From: Candidatus Woesearchaeota archaeon
Lineage (GTDB): Archaea; Nanobdellota; Nanobdellia; Woesearchaeales; GW2011-AR9
DNA length: 64,000 nt
Direction of reading: 5' to 3'
Assembly: GCA_041665465.1 (NCBI GenBank)
Contig: JBAYIU010000001.1
Coordinates: forward strand, 1,406,260 to 1,470,259
The translations under genes were made by a program, and so were the position numbers. Under the pieces are notes generated by a model. The model saw nothing but the letters and a program-made list of their open reading frames with translations, made no database searches and was not told the origin of the DNA. This document shows, one piece after another, positions 58,757-64,000 of this stretch. Numbering within the stretch: the stretch's first letter is position 1; each line of letters opens with the position of its first letter.

Positions 58757-59410
58757 ATGACTAAAAAAGAAACTATTCTTGTTTTTGGAGCACATTCTGA
58801 CGATTTTGTGTTAGGGGCAGGAGGAACTCTGGCTAAATATAAAAAAGAAGGCAAGACGGTTATCTCAGTTATATTCTCTTTCGGTGAGAAATCTCATCCC
58901 TGGTTAAGGCAAACTATTGTACAACAGATGCGTTCCAAAGAAGCGATTGAGGCAAGTAATATTTTGGGAATGAGTCGTCTAGTTTTTTATGATTTAGAAG
59001 AACTTAAATTCTATGAAGAATATCAATCTAAGAATTTGGCGAAGGAATTGTTGGCTCTTATAGAAACAGAAGCTCCAACTAAGATTTTTACTCATAGTGC
59101 AGAAGATCTTCATCCTGATCATCAGGACGTTTACAAGATTACTATAGAGCTTTGGAAACTTCTACCAAAAACAGTTCGTCCAGAAGTTTATACCTATTCT
59201 ATCTGGAATCCCATATCACTAGATAATAAATACCCTTCATTATATGTTAATATCACCAAATACTTCACTCAGAAGATGAGAGCGCTGAAAACCTTCCGTA
59301 GTCAGAAGGTCTATATCGTTTATCCCATAATCTTACTATTATTCCGTTCATTAAAAGATGGATTAAGAATAAGAACACTTTTTGGGGAGAGGTTCTTTAG
59401 AATAAAATGA
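58757..59410 (+). CDS. PIG-L/LmbE-family N-deacetylase
   Basis: GAHSDD..LGAGG, R..EA, HPDH, FRSQ. Confidence 0.92.
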   Translation: MTKKETILVFGAHSDDFVLGAGGTLAKYKKEGKTVISVIFSFGEKSHPWLRQTIVQQMRSKEAIEASNILGMSRLVFYDLEELKFYEEYQSKNLAKELLALIETEAPTKIFTHSAEDLHPDHQDVYKITIELWKLLPKTVRPEVYTYSIWNPISLDNKYPSLYVNITKYFTQKMRALKTFRSQKVYIVYPIILLLFRSLKDGLRIRTLFGERFFRIK

Positions 59411-60549
59411 CTCCTCTTGAACCTAAACTAAAATTATTGGTTGTTGCAGATACTTATTATCCCAAAGTTGATGGCATTCTTAGATTCATGGAAGAGTTTA
59501 TCAAGCGTTCTGAACATGATTTTGATCTCTCTCTGTTGGTTCCCAACCTTGGCTTGAAAAAAGGAAATAAAGTTACTTATTTAGAAACGTCTAAGTTCTT
59601 AAAAGTGTCTGGGTATCCAAGCATTAAATTTTCTAATCACAATAGAAAGATAATCAGAGAATCTGTCCAAAACGCTGATGTAGTATTTGTACAAGGTCCA
59701 GCTCTGGCTAGTTATTTAACCATTAAGTATGCTCATCGTTGTGGTAAACCTGTTGTGTTTTATGCTCATATTATTATTTGGGAATTATTTGAGAAATTTC
59801 TACCAAAAATATTTAATAAATTTATCTCTCGTTTAATCCGTCGTATAAACATAAAACTGTATAATAAATGTGGTGAAATTCTTGTTCCTTATCATGAACT
59901 TAAACATACCTTAGTTCATAATGGGGTAACTGTCCCTATTAGTGTAGCTAAGTTGGGAGTAGATATTGTTCGTTTTTCTCCTGTTCAAGATAAAAAACCT
60001 TGGAAGATAAAATTTGGAATTGATCCGGAAAAAACGGTTATTGGTTACGTGGGTAGAATATCTAAAGAAAAAAACGTGCCAGTATTATTAGAAGCATTTA
60101 ATAAATTACGTAATCGTCGTAATAATTTCTTATTAATGGTGGGAGATGGCCCGGATGAACAAGTGCAACCCTTTAAAGAAAATTCTCAATGTTTAGTTAC
60201 TGGATTTGTAGATAATGTTGAAGATTATCTTAAGGCCATGGATGTGTTTGTTATGCCCAGTTTGACTGAAACAACTTCTCTTGCAACTTTGGAAGCAATG
60301 TCTTCTGGATTGCCGGTAGTGGTTACTAAAGTAGGGTTTCAGAAACAGTATGTAGTTAAAGATTACAATGGGTTATTCTTCCCTAAGAATAGTCCTTCTT
60401 TGCTAGCTTTAAAGATCGAAAGAATCTTACGTCATTCTGAACTTAAATCGAGGCTTTCTCAGAATGCTCGTAAGACTATCTCTTATTCCTTCTCTTGGGA
60501 AAGGTCTATCAATCATATTAAACGTCTGCTGAAGAAACATAAAGAATGA
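59407..60549 (+). CDS. GT4 glycosyltransferase
   Basis: DTYYPKVDG, YVGRISKEKN, ETTSLATLEAMSSGLPVV; ATGA overlap with the upstream gene. Confidence 0.93.
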   Translation: MTPLEPKLKLLVVADTYYPKVDGILRFMEEFIKRSEHDFDLSLLVPNLGLKKGNKVTYLETSKFLKVSGYPSIKFSNHNRKIIRESVQNADVVFVQGPALASYLTIKYAHRCGKPVVFYAHIIIWELFEKFLPKIFNKFISRLIRRINIKLYNKCGEILVPYHELKHTLVHNGVTVPISVAKLGVDIVRFSPVQDKKPWKIKFGIDPEKTVIGYVGRISKEKNVPVLLEAFNKLRNRRNNFLLMVGDGPDEQVQPFKENSQCLVTGFVDNVEDYLKAMDVFVMPSLTETTSLATLEAMSSGLPVVVTKVGFQKQYVVKDYNGLFFPKNSPSLLALKIERILRHSELKSRLSQNARKTISYSFSWERSINHIKRLLKKHKE

Positions 60550-60606
60550 TTTATATTGTGTATATGCAAAAAGTTTAAAAAAGCACGCTTAAAAGGGTGA
60601 TTAATC

Positions 60607-60864
60607 ATGAAAAACTACGTATTTGAAGAAGGAGAAGCACCAGCTGAAGAAGTATTGGAAGACGAAGATGCTACCGAAGAAGACGGCTTTAAGGAAGGAT
60701 TTGAAGATGATGAAACCGAAGCCCCAGAATGTTGCGAATGTGGTACGGCGGTAACCGCTGAAAAGAAAGTCACTCGCGAGATAGAAGGTGAGCAATATAT
60801 CTTCTGTTCCAAAGAATGTGCTGATGAATTCGAAGAAAGCCTAGGCGAACCGGAAGAAGGATAG
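60607..60864 (+). CDS. Acidic protein with a TRASH/YHS-like metal-binding domain
   Basis: CCECG...YIFCSKECADEF; SD GGGTGA. Confidence 0.8.
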   Translation: MKNYVFEEGEAPAEEVLEDEDATEEDGFKEGFEDDETEAPECCECGTAVTAEKKVTREIEGEQYIFCSKECADEFEESLGEPEEG

Positions 60865-60892
60865 ACTTATTCCTTTTGTAATATTTTATCTA

Positions 60893-62602
60893 TTATTTTT
60901 CTAAACTCTTCTCGATCTTTTTAAGGTCCCAACAGTTTAACACATCCTTTTTCTCTGTCCAGCCACGTCGAGCAGATAGTAGTCCTAAAGGATAGTATCC
61001 TAACTGGCTTTTCTGGTGAGCATCGGTGCTGATAACAACCCTACATCCAGCTTGTATGGCTGATTTAACTTGCAGCCCATTTAAGTCCATTCTTTCGGGA
61101 GAAGAGTTGATTTCTAAAAAGACGTTCTTTTGTTTAGCTGCTTCAAATACTCTCTCTAGGTTTATATTTATCTCTGGACGATGTCCATGCTCAATCCCAG
61201 TAGGATGACCCAAAATATTTATTGGGTAATTATTTAAACATTTTATTATTCGAGCAGTCATCTCTTTCTCTGGCATTTGTAATGAAGTATGCACTGCTGC
61301 TATCACCACATCTAACTCTTTAAGTTTAGATTTGGGCAGAGTTAGAGTGCCGTCTTTCTGAATGTCAATCTCTATTCCCGAAAAGACTCTGATTCCTACT
61401 TTCTTTCTAACCTTCTCGATTTCTTTTAAGTATTGAATTAAGCGTTTTTCAGTTAGGGGATTAACTATCCCTAATCTGCTGTAATGGTCATTGAAAGAAA
61501 TGAATTTCATCCCTATTCTTTCTGCTTGCTGAGCCATTTTTAATATTGAGTTTTCTCCATCGGACCAGGTAGAATGGTTGTGAAACAATCCTTTAATGTC
61601 CTTCAAAGTGATTAGTTTAGGAAGTTTATGTTGTAAAGCTGCTTCTATTTCTCCAGTATTCTCTCTCAATTCTGGTTCGATAAAGTTCATCCCTAATTTA
61701 TCATAAATCTCTTTCTCTGTGGTTCCAGCCACCCATACTTTATCTTTTAATCTGAACAATCCATATTCGCTGAGAGTATATCCTTTGGAGAGAGCTAGTT
61801 TTCTTAGCTGAATGTTGTGTTCCTTACTCCCGATGAAATAATTCATGGCTGAACCGAATTCTTTTTCTTTGACTACTCGTAAATCTACTTGCAATCCGTT
61901 GCTTAGACGAATGGAACTCTTAGTAGTTCCTTTATTGAGAATCTCTTTTACTTCCGGAAGTTTAGTAAATAAGTCAATTACTTTTTCTGGCTGAGTGGAA
62001 GTGGCTAAGAAATCTAAATCTCCAACTGTTTCTTTACCTCGGCGGAAAGATCCGGCAACTTCTATCTTTTTGGCAAAAGGTTGAGCTTTGAAATAAGCTA
62101 GAATCTCATTCACGATCGGAAGAGCCTGAGCATACAAGAAACGTTGAGGATTAGTCTTCAAGTAGTTGATTCCTTGCAAGAAATGTTTCTCTGTTTCTGC
62201 TCCAAACCCTGGAACGGTTCTTAACTTTCCAGTTTTGATCGCTTTCTCTAAGTCATCGACATTACTGATCTTCAATTTCTGATGAAGGATCTTAACTCTC
62301 TTTGGCCCCAATCCGGGGATTTGTAATAATTGTTCTAAATCAAACCCTACTTCTTTCTTCAGTTTGGTGTAATAATCTAATTTTCCGGTTTCTAGATATT
62401 GCTCTATTTTTAGAGCGATATGTTCTCCTATTCCGGGAATCTTCTGTAATTCTCCTCTTTGATGGATGGCTTCGATGTCTTCAGAAAGTGATTCGATAGA
62501 GCGAGCGGCATTTCGGTATGCCTGTGGTTTGAATTTAATTTCTTGCAGTTCTAGCAAGTCAGCGATTTCGTACAAGATTTTAGCTATTTCTAAGTTTTTC
62601 AT
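60893..62602 (-). CDS. polX: DNA polymerase X with PHP domain
   Basis: AYRNAA, AGSFRR, GDLD, QVDLR, FIGSKEHN, HNHSTWSDG, STDAH. Start MKNL at 62602 with SD GAGG. Confidence 0.96.
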   Translation of the reverse strand: MKNLEIAKILYEIADLLELQEIKFKPQAYRNAARSIESLSEDIEAIHQRGELQKIPGIGEHIALKIEQYLETGKLDYYTKLKKEVGFDLEQLLQIPGLGPKRVKILHQKLKISNVDDLEKAIKTGKLRTVPGFGAETEKHFLQGINYLKTNPQRFLYAQALPIVNEILAYFKAQPFAKKIEVAGSFRRGKETVGDLDFLATSTQPEKVIDLFTKLPEVKEILNKGTTKSSIRLSNGLQVDLRVVKEKEFGSAMNYFIGSKEHNIQLRKLALSKGYTLSEYGLFRLKDKVWVAGTTEKEIYDKLGMNFIEPELRENTGEIEAALQHKLPKLITLKDIKGLFHNHSTWSDGENSILKMAQQAERIGMKFISFNDHYSRLGIVNPLTEKRLIQYLKEIEKVRKKVGIRVFSGIEIDIQKDGTLTLPKSKLKELDVVIAAVHTSLQMPEKEMTARIIKCLNNYPINILGHPTGIEHGHRPEININLERVFEAAKQKNVFLEINSSPERMDLNGLQVKSAIQAGCRVVISTDAHQKSQLGYYPLGLLSARRGWTEKKDVLNCWDLKKIEKSLEK

Positions 62603-62655
62603 GTATTCCTCTTTTTGGGGAGAAGTAGTTGTTTTAAGTTTATAAAAATTTGGAA

Positions 62656-62756
62656 AAGCCACTGAACAGAGTGGTTTGTCCAGTGGCACTAACCTTCCAA
62701 ACCCTAAATCTTTTGGGAATCAGCCGTTCTAGAGAAGCCACTCCCGCACTGGACAA
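62656..62756. other. GC-richer structured intergenic element
   Basis: Perfect inverted repeat TTGTCCAGTG (62676-62685) / CACTGGACAA (62747-62756); AAGCCACT at 62656 and 62735. Confidence 0.6.
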
Positions 62757-62799
62757 CCTCAGCTAGAATATATAAAGGGGTTCTGCTCTTAGGTTTATT

Positions 62800-63642
62800 A
62801 TGGAAACGCACAATGCTTTGGTGGTCTTTGAGGGTAAGAATCTCCGTAGAACTTGGCACAACGAACAATGGTATTTTTCGGTGGTGGATATTGTGGCAGT
62901 TTTAACCGAGAGTGTAGATTCTAAGGATTATTGGTATAGATTGAAGCAAAGAGAACTTGAATCAAGCGGAATTGAGTTATCGACATTTTGTCGACAACTG
63001 AAATTACTTTCAGCAGATGGTAAATATTATGAGACGGATTGTGCTAATACTGAATCATTATTTCGTATCATTCAATCCGTTCCCTCAAAAAAAGCAGAAC
63101 CGTTCAAGCTGTGGTTAGCTAAGGTGGGTTATGAACGTATCCAAGAAATAGAGAACCCAGAACTCGCTCAGAAACGGATGAGAGAAATATACAAAGCTAA
63201 AGGTTATTCAGATGAGTGGATTGAGAAACGGGTCAGAGGTATCACAGTAAGAGATGAATTGACTAGTGAATGGGATAAACGGGGAATAAAGAAAGAAAAA
63301 GAATTTGCTATTTTAACTGCGGAGATCTCTAAAGCTACGTTTGATATGGCTCCCCATGAATATTCTAAATTCAAGGGGCTAAAGAAAGAACCTTTACGAG
63401 ATCATATGAATGATTTAGAACTAATTTTTACTATGTTAGGAGAAGCTTCTACTACCAGAATAGCTAGAAACAAGGACGCTCAAGGTTTTCCTGAAAACCA
63501 ATCTGCGGCGAAGAAAGGCGGACAGATTGCTGGTGATGCTAGAAAGAGTCTAGAGGTAGAATCAGGAGAAGCAGTAGTTACTTCTGAGAATTATCTTCAA
63601 GAACCAGAAAAAAAGAAAAGGAAGCAGTTAAGAGGTAAATAA
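62800..63642 (+). CDS. Bro-N domain protein
   Basis: RRTW..EQWYFSVVDIV, FRIIQSVPSKKAEPFKLWLA, LRDHMNDLELIF. Confidence 0.9.
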   Translation: METHNALVVFEGKNLRRTWHNEQWYFSVVDIVAVLTESVDSKDYWYRLKQRELESSGIELSTFCRQLKLLSADGKYYETDCANTESLFRIIQSVPSKKAEPFKLWLAKVGYERIQEIENPELAQKRMREIYKAKGYSDEWIEKRVRGITVRDELTSEWDKRGIKKEKEFAILTAEISKATFDMAPHEYSKFKGLKKEPLRDHMNDLELIFTMLGEASTTRIARNKDAQGFPENQSAAKKGGQIAGDARKSLEVESGEAVVTSENYLQEPEKKKRKQLRGK

Positions 63643-63666
63643 GTTTCTTTATCTCCCTTCATTTCA

Positions 63667-63829
63667 CCCATAATCACAGAAAACTTCGTTTTCTTGGTTA
63701 GGGTAAAATCCTTCGAGTTTGCCCATAACCACAGAAAATCTTATTTTCTTAGTTTTGTGTTCTGCCACAAAACCACAGAAAACTCCGTTTTCTTAGTTAG
63801 GGTAAAATCCTTCGGGTTTACCCATAACC
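63667..63829 (+). repeat. Array of palindromic hairpin repeats
   Basis: 25-nt CACAGAAAA-N5-TTTTCTTRGTT units at 63675, 63730 and 63774, with self-complementary spacers. 63675-63730 and 63774-63829 differ at 4 of 56 positions. Confidence 0.9.
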
Positions 63830-63861
63830 TTTAAAAACCACCCTTCACTCCCTTCCTCGAT

Positions 63862-64000
63862 ATGGTTTTAGAATGGAACTCTCTGCAAGATAAATGGCAG
63901 AAAGCGTGGCAGGAAGCACAATTAGGTAAAGCTAGCGTCAAAAAGAACAAAGATAAGTTCATGATGATCTTTGCCTATCCGGGTGTTTCTGGTTACTTAC
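63862..64000 (+). CDS. leuS: Leucyl-tRNA synthetase, N-terminus (runs off the window)
   Basis: MVLEWNSLQDKWQKAW...KFMMIFAYPGVSGYL(H) leading into the HIGH motif; TTTAAAAA box about 25 nt upstream. Confidence 0.85.
   Translation, partial: MVLEWNSLQDKWQKAWQEAQLGKASVKKNKDKFMMIFAYPGVSGYL

Noticed and set aside
62603..62689. N-terminal extensions in the ORF track (polX; likewise elp3, rpoL, the Fis protein and the ABC permease)
   Set aside because: Family-like sequence and SD/TATA positions support the downstream ATGs.
62800..63642. Prophage or provirus around Bro-N
   Set aside because: It is flanked by polX and leuS, with no integrase, capsid or att repeats.
63667..63829. CRISPR array
   Set aside because: There are only three repeats. 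Spacers are 19-30 nt and self-complementary, two of them are nearly identical, and no cas genes are in the window.

Overview
A low-GC archaeal chromosomal segment, most consistent with DPANN (Woesearchaeota-like). The support for this is the archaeal rpl21e-rpoF-DUF655 block, rpoL, Elp3, ZPR1, Cdc6/Orc1, an oapABC-like cluster, a fused PriS-PriL primase and TATA-box promoters. The window holds four aminoacyl-tRNA synthetase genes: a partial methanogen-type SerRS directly followed by a bacterial-type SerRS, ThrRS, and a partial LeuRS. It also holds a 4365-aa modular surface protein, a tRNA-Gly(TCC) with a non-canonical T-loop intron, a RelE-like TA pair with a visible operator, two helicases, PolX and many orphan ORFs. 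The best novelty candidates are (1) an unannotated 26-codon Thr-rich leader ORF plus structured RNA upstream of the ART-like/thrS genes, resembling an attenuator; (2) four HF-S/T autoproteolysis-like motifs and constant/variable cassettes in the giant protein; (3) the tandem pair of different SerRS types; and (4) several structured intergenic elements. No CRISPR array, transposase, integrase, reverse transcriptase or rRNA was seen. All family assignments come from motif recognition by eye, not from database searches.
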